Assembly (NCBI GenBank): GCA_038087875.1
Contig: CM075995.1
Span: 6,388,001-6,452,000 of the forward strand
Source of the DNA: Malacoraja senta
Taxonomy: Eukaryota
DNA: 64,000 bases
Reading direction: 5' to 3'
Part shown: one piece after another, positions 12,687-24,772 of the stretch
Numbering within the stretch: the stretch's first letter is position 1
Layout of the letters: each line of letters opens with the position of its first letter
The notes under the pieces: model-generated
Seen by the model: the letters and a program-made list of their open reading frames with translations, nothing else
Database searches by the model: none
What the model was told of the DNA's origin: nothing
Position numbers and translations under genes: made by a program

Positions 12687-13266
12687 TAAGTAAGTAAGTT
12701 TATTGGCCAAGTATTCACATACAAGGAATTTGCCTTGGTGCTCCGCCCACAAGTAACAACATGACATACAATGACAGTTACGAATGACTCAGAAAACACT
12801 AAACATTAATAATAATAGAACATTAATGATAAAACACCATTGATCAAGCATGTGAACCAACAAAATACCAGATCAGAGGGAGGCTACAGATTTTTGGCTA
12901 TTGAGTAGAGCAACTACTCGTGGATAAAAACTGTTTTTATGTCTGGCTGTGGCAGCTTTGACAGTCCGGAGTCGCCTTCCAGATGGAAGTGATTCAAAGA
13001 GTTTGTGACCAGGGTGAGAGGGGTCAGAGATGATCTTGCCCGCTCGCTTCCTGTCGCTTGCAGTGTACAGTTCATCAATGGAGGGAAGGTTGCAGCCAAT
13101 AACCTTCTCTGCTGATCGGACGATTCGCTGCACCTCCAGGTGTCGTGCTTGGTGGCTGAGCCAAACCAGACCATGATGGAGAAGGTGAGAACAGACTCTA
13201 CAATGGCCGTGTAGAATTGGACCATCATTGCCTGTGGCTTCCTCAGCTGCCGTAGGAAGTACATCC
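12687..13266 (-). mobile_element. Rex1/Babar-clade LINE 3' end (DUF1891-like region, ORF end, 3' UTR)
   Basis: YFLRQLRK..QAMMVQFYTAIVESVLTFSIMVWFGSA plus QRIVRSAEKVIGCNLPSIDELY..IISDPSHPGHKLFESLPSGRRLR..KNSFYP across a frameshift; aataaa(ctta)n tail. Confidence 0.9.
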
Positions 13267-13359
13267 TATGTTGAACTGTCCTAACTTGAAAGCATTAACA
13301 GTGCCACTGCACAAATGTGACCAGGCTTCAAGTTTTCCAGTGTCTTTATTGACCTTGGT

Positions 13360-13742
13360 GTTGGAGCGAGTCCAGAGGTGGTTTATGACAATGATCCCAG
13401 GAATGATGAGCGTTTTGACGGCACTAGGCCTGTACTCGCTGGAGTATAGAAGGGTGAGGGCGGACCTCATTGAAACTTACCAAATAGTGAAAGGCCTGGA
13501 TAGTGTGGATGTGGAGAGAATGATTCCACAAGTGGGAGAGTCTAGGACTAGAGGTCATGGCCTCAGAAGAAAATGATGTACCTTTAATAAGGAGACGAGG
13601 AGGAATTTATTTAGAGTGTGGTGAATCTGGAATTCATTGCCACAGAAGGCTGTGAAGGCCAAGTCATCGGGTATTTTTAAGGCTAAGATTGACAGATTCT
13701 TGATTAGTACGGGTGTCAGAGGTTATGGGGAGAAGGCAGGAT
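13360..13742 (+). mobile_element. CR1 LINE 3' fragment
   Basis: LERVQRWFMTMIPGM..ALGLYSLEYRRVRADLIETYQIVKGLD..SRTRGH. Confidence 0.85.
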
Positions 13743-13793
13743 GGTGATGAAATACAGGCTCCAGTCAGTAATAACTGGAGGGAGCTTTGGTCA

Positions 13794-14442
13794 GGGCAGC
13801 ACGGTGACAGAGCGGTAGAGTTGCTGCCTCACATCGCCAGAGACCCGGGTTCGATCCTGACTACGGGTGGCTGTCTGTACAGAGTTAGAAACATAGAAAA
13901 ATAGGTGCAGGAGTAGGCCATTTGGTCTTTAGAGCCAGCACTGCCATTCATTGTGATCATGGTTGATCATCCACAATCAGTAACCTGTGTCTGCCTTCTC
14001 ACCATAAACCTTGATTCCGCTAGCCCCTAGAGCTCTAACTCTCTTTTAAATTCATCCAGTGAATTGGCCTCCACTGCCTTCTGTGGCAGAGAATTCCACA
14101 AATTCACAACTCTCTGGGTGAACAAGTTTTTTTTTTTCTCATCTCAGTTTTAAATGGCCTCCCCTTTATTCTTGGACTGTGGCCCCTGGTTCTGGACTCC
14201 GCCAACATTGGGAACATTTTTCCTGCATCTCATTCTGCCCTTGACCTTTGTCGGGTTTTCTCCGACATCTTCGGTTTTCTCCCACACTCCAAAGACACAC
14301 AGGTCTGTAGGTTAATTGGCCTCTGTAAATTGCCCCTAGTGTGTAGAATACGAAATCGGGATAACATAGAGCTTGTGTACGGGAGATTGATGGTCGGCGA
14401 TGACCCGGTGGGCCGAAGGGCCTGTTTCTGCACTGTATCTCT
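13794..14442 (+). mobile_element. V-SINE split by an antisense CR1 3' end (~13887-14230)
   Basis: SINE head and B box end at ctgtacagagtt; the minus-strand CR1 tail begins agaaacatagaaa; the SINE V-domain resumes near 14241. Confidence 0.8.
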
Positions 14443-14444
14443 GA

Positions 14445-14737
14445 TAGTGGTAGAGTTGCTGCCTTGCAATCTTGAAACCCGGGTTCGATTCTGACTACGG
14501 GTGCTGTCTGTACGGAGTTTGAACGTTCCCCTGTGACCTGTGTAGGTTTGCTCCGAGTGCCTTGGTTTCCTCCCAAATTCCCGTACAGGTTTGTAGGTTA
14601 ATTGGCTTCGGTAGAATTGTAAATTGTCCCTGGTGTGTGTAGGATAGTGTAAGTGTACAGGGATCGCTGGTCGTTGTAGACTCGGTGGGTCGAAGGACTG
14701 TTTCCACGCTGTATCTCTAAACTAAAATAAACTAAAG
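14445..14737 (+). mobile_element. V-SINE
   Basis: Tandem with the previous copy; full V-domain and (ctaaa)n tail. Confidence 0.9.
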
Positions 14738-15873
14738 ACTGAAGGAGAGCGAGCTGCGATCTTTAATCTTGCAGATTTGCCACCTTCTCCTCCCCTCCAA
14801 CTCTCTCATGCAAGTAGCTCTGAATTATTGACCTAGTTTCTGTGCCCGTGTTTATGAAGGTTTTAAACCACAACTTTCCGACTCGAGGGAAATAGTTTTT
14901 CTGCGTCAAGGAAAGTGGCAGACTAGGGGAGGCTGAAGGTATGGTCAACAGGGGACTGAATATAGTCATATAGAGTGGAAACAGGCCCTTCAGCCCAACT
15001 TTCCCACACCAACCAACATGTCCCATCTACTCGAGTCACACCTGCCTGCGTTTGGCCCATATCCCTCTAAATCCACCCTATCCATGTACCTGCTATAGTA
15101 CCAGCCTCAACTACCTCCTCCGGCAGCTCGTTCCCTACACCCGCCACCCATTGAGTAAAAATGTTACCCCTCTGATTCCTATAACATTGATTAGTAAGGG
15201 TGTCTGTCAGTGGTTATGGGGAGAAGGCATGAGAATGGGGTTAGGAGGGAGAGATAGATCAGCCATGATTGAATGGCAGAGTAGACTTGATTGGCCGAAT
15301 GGCCTATTTCTGCTCCTATCACATGATCTTTAAAATCTTTCTCTCCCCCCCCCTCCCCCACCACCTCACCGTAAACCAATGTTCTCTGGTCCTCGATTTC
15401 CCCTGCTTCAGGCAAGAGATTCTGTGTGTCTACCCGAACTATTCCTTTCGTGATTTTGTACACCTTTATAAGATCACCCCTTATCCTCATACGCTCCAGG
15501 GAATAGCTGTATGTGGAGGCTTAATGCTGTTTATTCCCAAAGCTTTGTTTGTTCCTTTGTGTGTCTGAATGTGCAGTTGGGGTAAGAAAGAACTGCAGAT
15601 GCTGGTTTAAACCGAAGATAGACACCAAATGCTGGAGAGAGGGGGTGGGTGACTGGGTGACGTTTCGTGCCGAGACCCTTCTTCAAACTGATGTCTATCT
15701 ACAGTTCTTTGTTTCTTTGCTGATAAACTGATCTATTTTTATTTTTATTTTTTTTACCTCCTGAGTATTTTCAAGTAAACACCGATCGGACTCTGGAAGA
15801 ATGGGTGGTCCATTGTAAGTGACCACTACGATGAGGTGTTTGGTCACTGGCCAGTTGCGGGGTTGGTTCTCGT

Positions 15874-16148
15874 AGTCTTTAGACTTTAGAGATACAGCAC
15901 GGAAATAGGCCCTGCGGCCCACCGGGTTCGCGCCGACCAGCGATCACCCCGTACACTAGCACTATCCTGCATACTAGGGACCATTGTACCAAGGCAATTA
16001 ACCTATAAACCTGCATTTATTTGGAATATGAGAGAAAACCCACACGGTCTCAGGGAGAACGTACAAACTCCGTACCGACAGCACCTGATGTCAGGATTGA
16101 ATCCGGGTCTCTTGCGCTGTAAGGCAGCGACTCTACCACTTTCGCCCA
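15874..16148 (-). mobile_element. V-SINE
   Basis: (ctaaagt)n tail variant, V-domain, head. Confidence 0.85.
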
Positions 16149-16715
16149 ATGTTACTCTTTATTAAATTATATATTAATATTGTATGAAAGGATATCAAAT
16201 TGGCGAACTTATTATCACCTAGATGTAAAGAACTACAGATATTGGATTAGAAAAAAAAGCACTCTGGAGTAACTCAGCGGGTCAGGCATCATTTATGGAG
16301 ACCAGTGACACAGTGGTGCAGGGGTAGAGTTGCTGCCTCACAGCGTCAGAGACCTGGGTTCGATGCTGACTATGGGTGGTGTCTACAGCGTTTGTGCATT
16401 CTCTCCATGACTGCTTGAGTTTTCTCCCACATTTCAAAAACATTCAGGTTTGTAGGTTGATTGGCCTCTGTAAATTGTCCCTTAGAACATGTGTAGCAGT
16501 GATCTCTTGTCAGCACGGACACTGTGGGCCGAATGGCCTGTTTCCACTCTCTATCTCTAAACTAAACATAGGTGATAGTTCTGGTCAGGACCTTTCTTCA
16601 TACTTTTTTTTGGGGGGGAGGTGGATGAGTGGAGGAAAGCTGGACAAAGGAGGCAGCGACTGAAAGACTAACACTTCCAGAGATTGATGGAATGCCTGGG
16701 CTAGGAGAGGGGGCA

Positions 16716-16980
16716 GACTTTAGAGATACAGCGCTGAAACAGGCCCTTAGGCCCACCGAGTCCGCACCGACCAGTGATCACTGGACAATTTACAATTTTT
16801 ACCAAAGCTAATTAGCCTACGTCTTTGGAGTGTGGAAGGAAACCGGAGCACCCGGAGAAAACTCACGCAGGTCACAGGGAGAACGTGCAAACTCTGTACA
16901 GACAGCACCTATGGTCAGGATCAAACGCCGGTCTCTGGTGCAGTAAGGCATCAACTCTACCGCTGTGCCACCGTCCCGCC
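16716..16980 (-). mobile_element. V-SINE
   Basis: Consensus match on the minus strand. Confidence 0.85.
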
Positions 16981-18027
16981 CTACATGAGTCTTTCGTATG
17001 AAATACGTAGCGTGAAAGCCAGTCCCTGCACATCCTGTCACTTGGTGTGTAGGATCCCAAGGGTCTATTTTAGGAATTGCTGTGTCTATAATCGGCTGCT
17101 CTTTCTTGCATTGCAATACAACACTTTTTTGTAAGTAATTGGCTCCACAAAGTGCTGGTGAGGTGCTGAGATCATGGAAAGTACTACCACTACACCCAAA
17201 GGTCTCTTGTGAACTTTGTGGTGTTTGTTGTCAAGACATAACTCTTGAATACCAGGCGGCAGTGTTTGAAGAACTGTCTCGACCCGAAACATCACCCAAT
17301 CCTTCTCTCCAGAGATGCTGTCTGTCCAACGGAGTTACTCCAGCACTTTGTGTCTATTTTCAGTGTTTCAGCAATTCAGTTTGTATGAGGCTAAAACTGT
17401 TGGGGAGGAGAAGCAAAGATGGTGAGTTTAGGGAACCTTGGTTAACAAAGGTTGCAGCGGTGGAGTAGCTGCCTTGCAGCGCCAAAGACACGGGATCGAT
17501 TTTGACTACCGTTGCTGTCTGCATGGAGTTTTACGTTCTCCCCGTGACCGTGTGGGTTTTCTGAGCTCTTGGGTTCCCCCCCACACTCCACACTCCAGGT
17601 TAATTCGCTTTGTATAAATGTAAATTGTCCCGTGTGTGTAGGATAGTGTTCAGTTAGTGTAGGATTCGGCCCTTCAAGTCTACTCTGCCATTTCAATCAT
17701 GGCTGATCTATCTTTCTCTTTCAACCCCATTCTCCTGGCTTCTCCCCACAACCCCAGACACCTTTACTAATCAAGAATAATATGTTAACCTCGATCTTCC
17801 CTGCGATCATTCGCGAAACACTTTCTCTGGATCCGCTCCACCGCCAGCACATCCTTCCTCGGATATGCGGCCCAAAACTGCTCACAGATAGCACCCGTGG
17901 TCAGGATCGAACACGGGTCTCTGACGCCCTAAGGCAGCAACTCTACCACTGCGCCACCTTGCCACTCCCTAAAATTCAAATTCCCTTGTGTCTAGTGTAG
18001 AAGGCCTTTAGTTTGCTTGCCTTCATA

Positions 18028-18190
18028 AACTAGCCTACAGTTAACAATGGCCTGTTTCCTTTATCATCGTTACTTCTTTGCATATTTTTCACTTATTTGT
18101 ACAATCCATTTTTTTTCTATCTCTCTATATATCTCTTGTTCCACTTTCCCCTGACTCAGTCTGAAGAAGGGTCTCGAGCCGAAACGTCAT
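18028..18190 (+). mobile_element. Penelope-like 3' UTR fragment with hammerhead core
   Basis: aacaatggcctgtttcctttatcatcg...; 18161-18188 reads CTGAAGAAGGGTCTCGAGCCGAAACGTC. Confidence 0.8.
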
Positions 18191-19949
18191 TCTTCACTTT
18201 CCTGGGCATACGCGCACACACCCACACCTTGAGTGTAGTTGTGGTCACTAAATTACTGAAAGGATGTGGTTAGAGCTAAGAATGTAGAAGATATTCACAC
18301 TGAAAATAGGCCCTGACCTGAAACTTCACCTATGTTCTCCAGACATGCTGCCTGCTGAGTTACTCCAGCACTTTGTCTTTTGTTTTAACAAATTTCATAG
18401 AGTCACGCAGCGTGGAAATAGGCCTAACTTGCCCATACTGACCAACATGTCCCATCAGTACATCCCAGCTGCCTGCGTTTGGGCCCATATTCCTCTAAAC
18501 CTCTCTAATCCATGTACCTGTCTAAATGTTGCGATGGTCCCTGTGTCAACTACCTCCTCCGGCAGCTTATTCCATATATCCACCACCTGTTGTGCGTGTA
18601 AAAAAAAAAGATACCCCATACCTATTAAATCTCCCCCCCCCCCTCCCCCAACCTTAAGCCTATGTCCTCTAGTTCTTGATTACTCTATCTCTGAAAATTA
18701 ACTTATTTGGTCTTTGCTGCCAAATTGGGCAAAAATGTAAAAAAAATCTGGATGAATGTGTGATCTTTTAATCCGTATCAGGCTACCGTTATCTAGATCG
18801 CCAGGAGGGAGGGAGAGGGTAGGGTAGAGAAAGACACAAACACTGAGATACCTCGGAGATTCCCCTACTCTGGGCAAGAAACTGTGCGTTTACCCGATCT
18901 ATTCCTCTCATGAATGATTTGGATCATAAGTGATAGGAGCAGAATTTGGCTATTCGGCCTATCAAGTCTACGCCATTCAATCATGGCTTATCGTTCTCTC
19001 CTTCCTAACTTCATTCTCCTGCCTTCTCCCCATAACCCCTGACACCCGTACTAATCAAGAATCTATCTCTGCTTTAAAAATATCCATTGACTTGGCCTCC
19101 ACAGCCTTCTATGGCAATGAATTCCACAGATTCATCACCCATTGACTAAAGAAATTCTCATCTATCCTTCCTAAAGAAACATCCTTTTATTCTAAGGCTG
19201 TGGCCTCTGATCCGAGACTCTCCTACTAGTGGAAACATCCTCTCCACATCCACTCTATCCAAGCTTATTCTATGTTCTTTGTCTATTCAATCTGTACCAA
19301 TTTGGCACGACGGTCACAATCCAAAGCGTTGTCATCCATGTCCTTTAGAGATGCTGCCTGACACACATTGTGTGTACCCGATCTATTCCTCTCACCATTT
19401 TGTACACCTCTATAGTTCTAGTCTACCGGAATGGAGGGCTTCAGTTGCAAGGAGAAATTGGATATGCTAGGATTGTTTTCACTGGAGAGCAGGAGGCAGA
19501 TGGGTGACCTTGTGGACACTTTTATAAAATTGGCGTCATGGATGAGGTAGCTAGGCTTTGCCCCCCTACCAAGGATAACGAGAGTCTAAAACTAAGAGGG
19601 CACGAGTTCAAGATGGAGAGGTAAAGGGTTTAAAGGAAATTGGAGAGGCAACTTTCTTAATCACAACTTTAGCTTTTCACTGTACTTTTGTACATGTGAC
19701 AATAATAAACTAATAATAAACTCCGGATGACAGTGGCGCAGCAGTAGAGTTGCTGCCTTACAGCGCCAGAGACCTGGGTTAGATCCTGACCTCAGGTGCT
19801 ATCTGTGTGGGTATGGTACTTTATTTGTCATGTACCGAGGTACAGTGTAATTCATTTTCGTGTACAGTTCAGTACAAGTATCACAATACATAAGCACATA
19901 GATACATCTTAGATAAGCATCTCACAGTACAAGTGTACACAGTGTACAC

Positions 19950-20255
19950 AGTTTAGTTTAGAGATACAGCACGGAAACAGGCCCTTCGGCCCACCTGGTC
20001 CTTGCCGACCAGCCATCCCTGCACATTAACACAATCCTACACCCACTTGGGACAATTTATACATTTACCAAGCCAATCAACCTACAAACCCGTATGTCTT
20101 TGGAGTGTGGGAGGAAACCGAAGATCTCGGAGAAAACCCACGCAGGTCACGGTGAGAACGTACAAACTCCGTACAGACAGCATCCGTAGTCGGGATCAAA
20201 CCCGGGTCTCTGGCGCTGCATTCGCTGCAAGGCAACAACTCTACCGCTGCGCCAT
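19950..20255 (-). mobile_element. V-SINE (variant with extra gcgaatgca in the tRNA-like head)
   Basis: Near full length; a similar head insertion occurs at ~60415-60430. Confidence 0.9.
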
Positions 20256-20697
20256 CTTTGCCAGCTTGTCGCCATTTTCATATTACGTTCTCCCTGTGAC
20301 CGCGTGGGTTTCCTCCAAGTGCTCCGGTTTCCTTCCACATTCCAAAGAAGTATGGGTTTGAAATTAATTGGCCTCAGTAAATTGCCTCCCAGTATGCATG
20401 GAGTGGGTGAGAAAGTAGGATAACATGGAACTGGTCTGAACGAGTGACTGATGGTCGACATGGACTCGATGGGTCGAAGGGCCTGTTTCTGTGCTGAATC
20501 TCTAAGCTAAAACTAAATCGCAGCGTTTTTAATAACACTTGGGTAGGTTCATGTTTAGGGAATGAATAGTGGAGATATGAGCCAGATACCGGAAATAGAA
20601 TTAGCTCAGATGGGCACCTTAGTTGGCATGGATGAGATAGGCTGGAGGGCCTGTTTCCATGCTGTACGACTCTTTATCACTGAAAATCAACTTGTTT

Positions 20698-20960
20698 GTG
20701 TAGGAAGGAACTGCAGATGCTGGTTTACACCGAAGATAGACAAAATATGCTTGGAGTAACTTGGCATGACTGGCAGCATCTCTAGAGAGAAGGAAGGGTG
20801 ACGTTTATGGTCGAGACCCTTCTTCAGACTGCAGGTGCTGGTTTACAACGAAGATAGTCTCCGGTCGGAAGAAGGGTCTCGACCCAAAACGTCACCTATT
20901 CCTTCTCTCCAGAGATGCTGCCTGTCCCGCTGAGTTGCTTCAGCTTTTTGTGTCTATCTT
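20698..20960. mobile_element. Penelope-like inverted terminal pair
   Basis: Minus-strand terminal arm (gtgtaggaaggaactgcagatgctgg...cccttcttcagact) followed by a plus-strand arm (gaagaagggtctcgaccc...ttgtgtctatctt). Confidence 0.85.
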
Positions 20961-21053
20961 TAAAATTAATTTATTTGTTCTTTGCTGCTGCAAAAAGAGT
21001 AAAAAAAATTAACAATTTCTGGATGAATGTGTGATCTTTTAATCCTTTTTCAG

Positions 21054-21077
21054 GCTACAGTTGTCTAGATCACCCAG
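21054..21077 (+). other. Candidate 24-nt micro-exon
   Basis: tcctttttcag|GCTACAGTTGTCTAGATCACCCAG|gtaaga; frame-preserving length; no homology support available. Confidence 0.3.
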
Positions 21078-21107
21078 GTAAGAAAGAGACGCAAATACTG
21101 AGATTCC

Positions 21108-21580
21108 AAAGATAGACAAAATGCTGGAGTAACTCAGCAGGTTAGACCGCATATCTGAGAAAAGGAATAGGTGATGTTTTGGGTCGAGACACTTCTTCAG
21201 GGAAAAGGGGAACAACAGATATAGACGGTGATATAGAACAAATGAATGAAAGATATGTAAAAAAGTAACAATGGTAAAGGAAACAGGCCATTGTTGGCTC
21301 TGGGCTAGGTGAAAACGAGTTACAGAAAATGAGACTCACCAGGACGATAATTAAACTAGTACGACGATGAGGGTAGGGGAGGGACAGAGAGACAGGGAAA
21401 GCAAGAGTTACTTGAAGTTAGAGAAATCAATATTCATACCGCTGGGGTGTAAGCTGCCCAAACGAAGTATGAGGTGCTGTTCCTCCAATTTGCGTTGGCC
21501 TCTGACAGTGGAGGAGGCCCAGGACAAGATCAGTGTGGGAATGTGAGGGGCAGTTAAAGCGTTTGGTAACTGGGAAATCC
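21108..21580 (-). mobile_element. Penelope-like element 3' part: GIY-YIG C-terminus, 3' UTR, decayed hammerhead
   Basis: My minus-strand translation gives RKLEEQHLILRLGSLHPSGMNIDFSNFK*, typical of the Penelope GIY-YIG end, upstream of the UTR and terminal repeat. Confidence 0.9.
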
Positions 21581-21699
21581 TTCCTACACATTCTGCATTT
21601 TCATTTAGCTACATCAAAACACTGCACTGAATGAGGTTTATAGATACAGAGCAGAGACGGGCCCTTCGGCCCACCGAGTCCGCACCGTCCAGCGATCCA

Positions 21700-22185
21700 T
21701 AAGGTCATGTCATAAGCAATAGGATTTGAATTAGGCCATTCAACACCTCAGGTCTACTCCACCATTCAATCATGGCTGATCTATCTCTCCCTCCTAACTC
21801 CATTCTCCTGCCTTCTCCCCATAACCTCTGACACCTGTACTAATCAAGAATCTATCTATCTTTGCCTTCAAAATATCCCCTGATTTGGCCTCCACAGCCT
21901 TCTGTGTTAAATAATTTCACAGATTCACCACCCTCTGACTCTGGAGAAAGAGATTTCTCCTCATCTCCTTTCGAAAAGAACGTCCTTTAATTCTGAGGCT
22001 ATGTCCTCTAGTCCAAGACTCGCCCACCAGTGGAAACATCCTCTCCACATCCACTCTATCCAAGCCTTTCACTATTCTGTATATTCCAATGATGTCCCCC
22101 ATCATTCTTTTGAACTCCAGCGAGTACAGGCCCAGTGCCGACAAACGTTTATCATAGGTTAACCTACTCACTCCTGGATACTCAA
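21700..22185 (-). mobile_element. CR1 LINE 3' fragment
   Basis: ORF 21917..22201: PGVSRLTYDKRLSALGLYSLEFKRMMGD..TRGHSLRIKGRSF. Confidence 0.85.
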
Positions 22186-22529
22186 GTCCAACGATCCCCA
22201 CATGTTAACACTGCCCTGCACACACTGGGGACAATTTACACTTATACCCAACCAATTAACCTACAAACCAGTATGTACTGTTGGGGTGTAAGCTGCCCTC
22301 GTGAAGTAAGAGGTGCTGTTCCTCCAATTTGCGTTGGGCCTTACTCTGACATTCCAAAATGACTCTTGAGATTACAAAGGCAATCTGCCTGTGAAGACAA
22401 GATGGCTGTGAGATAACATTGTTTGTGGCTGCAATTCTGTGAGCCGTAGCATTTCTTCAGCATCTTTTGTTAGTTCCTCTTTGTCTGTGATGATTTGCTT
22501 GCCTAGAATTGCAACCTTTTCATCCAGGA

Positions 22530-22668
22530 TTGAGACAAAGTGCCGGAGTAACTCAGCAAGATGGGCAGTATCTCCGGAGAACATTGATGGGTGACGTTTC
22601 GGGTCGGAACCCTTCTTCAGACTGGGGTCTACCTTCGTTATAAACCAGCGTCTACAGTTCCTTCCTGC
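22530..22668. mobile_element. Penelope-like inverted pair with intact hammerhead core on the minus strand
   Basis: 22593-22620 reverse complement = CTGAAGA-A-GGGTTCCGACCC-GAAA-CGTC. Confidence 0.8.
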
Positions 22669-23108
22669 GCATCATTATCCGTCCTTGTTTAGTTTAGAGA
22701 TACAGCGCGGAAACAGGCCCTTCGGCTCATCGGGTTCGTGCCGACCGGCAATCCTCGCACACTAACACTCCCCGCACACAAAAAACTTTTTTACAGAAGC
22801 CAATTAACATACAACCCTGACTGTCTTTGGAGTGTGGGCGGAAACCGGAGCACCCGAAGAAAACCCACGGGGAGAACTTACAAACTCTTTACAGGCAGCA
22901 TTCGTTGTCAGGATCGAACCTGGATCTTTGGCGCTGCAAGGCAGCAACTCTACCGCTGTGCCACCGTGTGAGCATTTTTTTTCCTCCCGAGATGCTGCCT
23001 GATCCGCTGAGTTACTCCAGCACTTAATCATATATTGTCTTTCCGCTGGCTGGTTAGCATGCAACAAAAGCTTTTCACTTTACACATGACTATAAACTAA
23101 ACTAACTG

Positions 23109-23687
23109 CCCTATTTCCCAGCAATGAAGACGCACCTGCGTCGAAGGCGCACCCCCAGTAGCTACTCGCCAATCACCACCTCCACCGGTTGCACCTATGC
23201 CGAGGGACACCGTGGCTGGCTGGCAGGTGGGCTGGCAGAAGGCGCTGAGGTGGTGGCCGGTTCCACTGTATGGTCCCGGCGGCCGCTCGCAGCCACCCGA
23301 GCTACTGAGTGAGTTGCTGGCATGATCCCCGATCGCCGACCCCCTCCTTCTCAAAGCTCCTGCCCTCCCCGCAACTTTACCCCTGGCGGCCCAGCCAAGT
23401 TTGCTACTTTGTGCTGACCCGGGTCCTACTCCCCACATGCTGTGAAAGGAACTCTTCCCCTCCCCCCCCCCCCCGCAGTGTTGTCCTTTTAAATCAGCTG
23501 CCAGCAATGAGGGTTAGACTTGGCTATCACTCACTACAGCAACATCATTCTTGATGTTGCTGTACTGAGGGATAGCCAAGTCTATCTTTCTTGGCTAACG
23601 ATCTAACCTTCGGCCTCCAAGACGCAGGTAAATTTTCGGGCTTTATTTTAAGGTAAATAATAGCGTCTTCATTGCCGGCAAATACGG
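23109..23687. mobile_element. pogo/Tc2-type (TcMar) MITE
   Basis: Imperfect ~25-bp TIRs: left ccctatttcccagcaatgaagacgc; right (reverse complement) ccgtatttgccggcaatgaagacgc. TA on the right, TG on the left. GC-rich interior. Confidence 0.75.
23515..23584. repeat. Near-perfect 70-nt palindrome
   Basis: 33-bp arms (tagacttggctatcactcactacagcaacatca / tgatgttgctgtactgagggatagccaagtcta), 2 mismatches, 4-nt loop. Confidence 0.95.
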
Positions 23688-24349
23688 TAAGACTTTGTGT
23701 CTATCTTTGGTATAAACCAGCATCTGCAGTTCCTTCCTACACGTTACCCAGGACCTCGGTTTAATCTCTGAAGAAAAGGAGTAGGTGACGTTTTGTGTCT
23801 GAGGAAGGGCCTCGACCCAAAACGTCACCTATTCCTTTTCTCCAGAAAGGCTGCCTGACCCAGTTCTTTGTGTCCATCTTCGGTTTAAACCAGCATCTGC
23901 GGTTCCTTCCTCCGCACCTCGGTTTAATGCTGTAAATCAAAACATTGGGAGTCTTTCCTAAAAGGTTTGCCTTTTGAGGGGAGTTTGCTTTAGTAATGAT
24001 GATGGCCGGAAGAAGGTAAGTAGGGTGGGGGCACGACTCTCGATGCTATGGTGCCGGTCGGTCTTGAGAGTGTGCAGCATATTGCTGCTGTTGTTCTCAG
24101 AGGTAATGTGAGCTCATGTCACCACATGGGAGTCTGGCACTGCCCCTGTATAATTAACAACACTGGCCTGCTTTTTTGTGCTGGGTACTGTAAGTGGGAA
24201 GGCTAACGTTACACAGACCAGCAAGCATCCCTTCAAAGATTTAACCGCCAGTGTGCTAAACCCTTCCCTTTGCTCCTCTGCCTCGCTAACCTTGTGTCGT
24301 TTGTCCTTGCACTGCCTGAGCTTTGAGGCAGAATCCTCCTCCATAACAC

Positions 24350-24772
24350 ATGCGTGAAGGAACTGCTGATGTTGGTTTAAGCCAAACAGACACAATGCTT
24401 GAGTACCTCTGTGGGACAGGTGACATCTCTGGGGAGAAGGAATCGATGATGATTCGGGTAAAGACCGTTTTTTAGACTTTCAAAATTATGTTACATAAAT
24501 CGTCACCTATTCCAGCGATACTGCCTGATCTTCTGACTTAAACCTTCTTACACAAGGAGCTGCAGATGCTGGTTTAAACCGAAGATAGACACAATATGCT
24601 GGAGTAACTCAGCGGGTCAGGCAGCATCTCTGGAGAGAAGGAATGGGTGACGGTTTGGGTCAAGACCCTTCTTCAGACGTTCAGAATTGTGTTACCTAAA
24701 AAGTCACCTATTCGTTTTCTCCAGAGATGTTGCCTGACCTGCTGAGTTACTCCAGCTTTTTGTGTCCATCCT
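24350..24772. mobile_element. Two tandem Penelope-like inverted pairs
   Basis: Both units share the same inter-arm linker (ttcaaaattatgttacataaa / ttcagaattgtgttacctaaa). Confidence 0.75.

Noticed and set aside
12914..13264. ALKBH8-like (DUF1891) gene
   Set aside because: This domain is the Rex1/Babar ORF region; it is frameshifted and followed by a retroposon tail.
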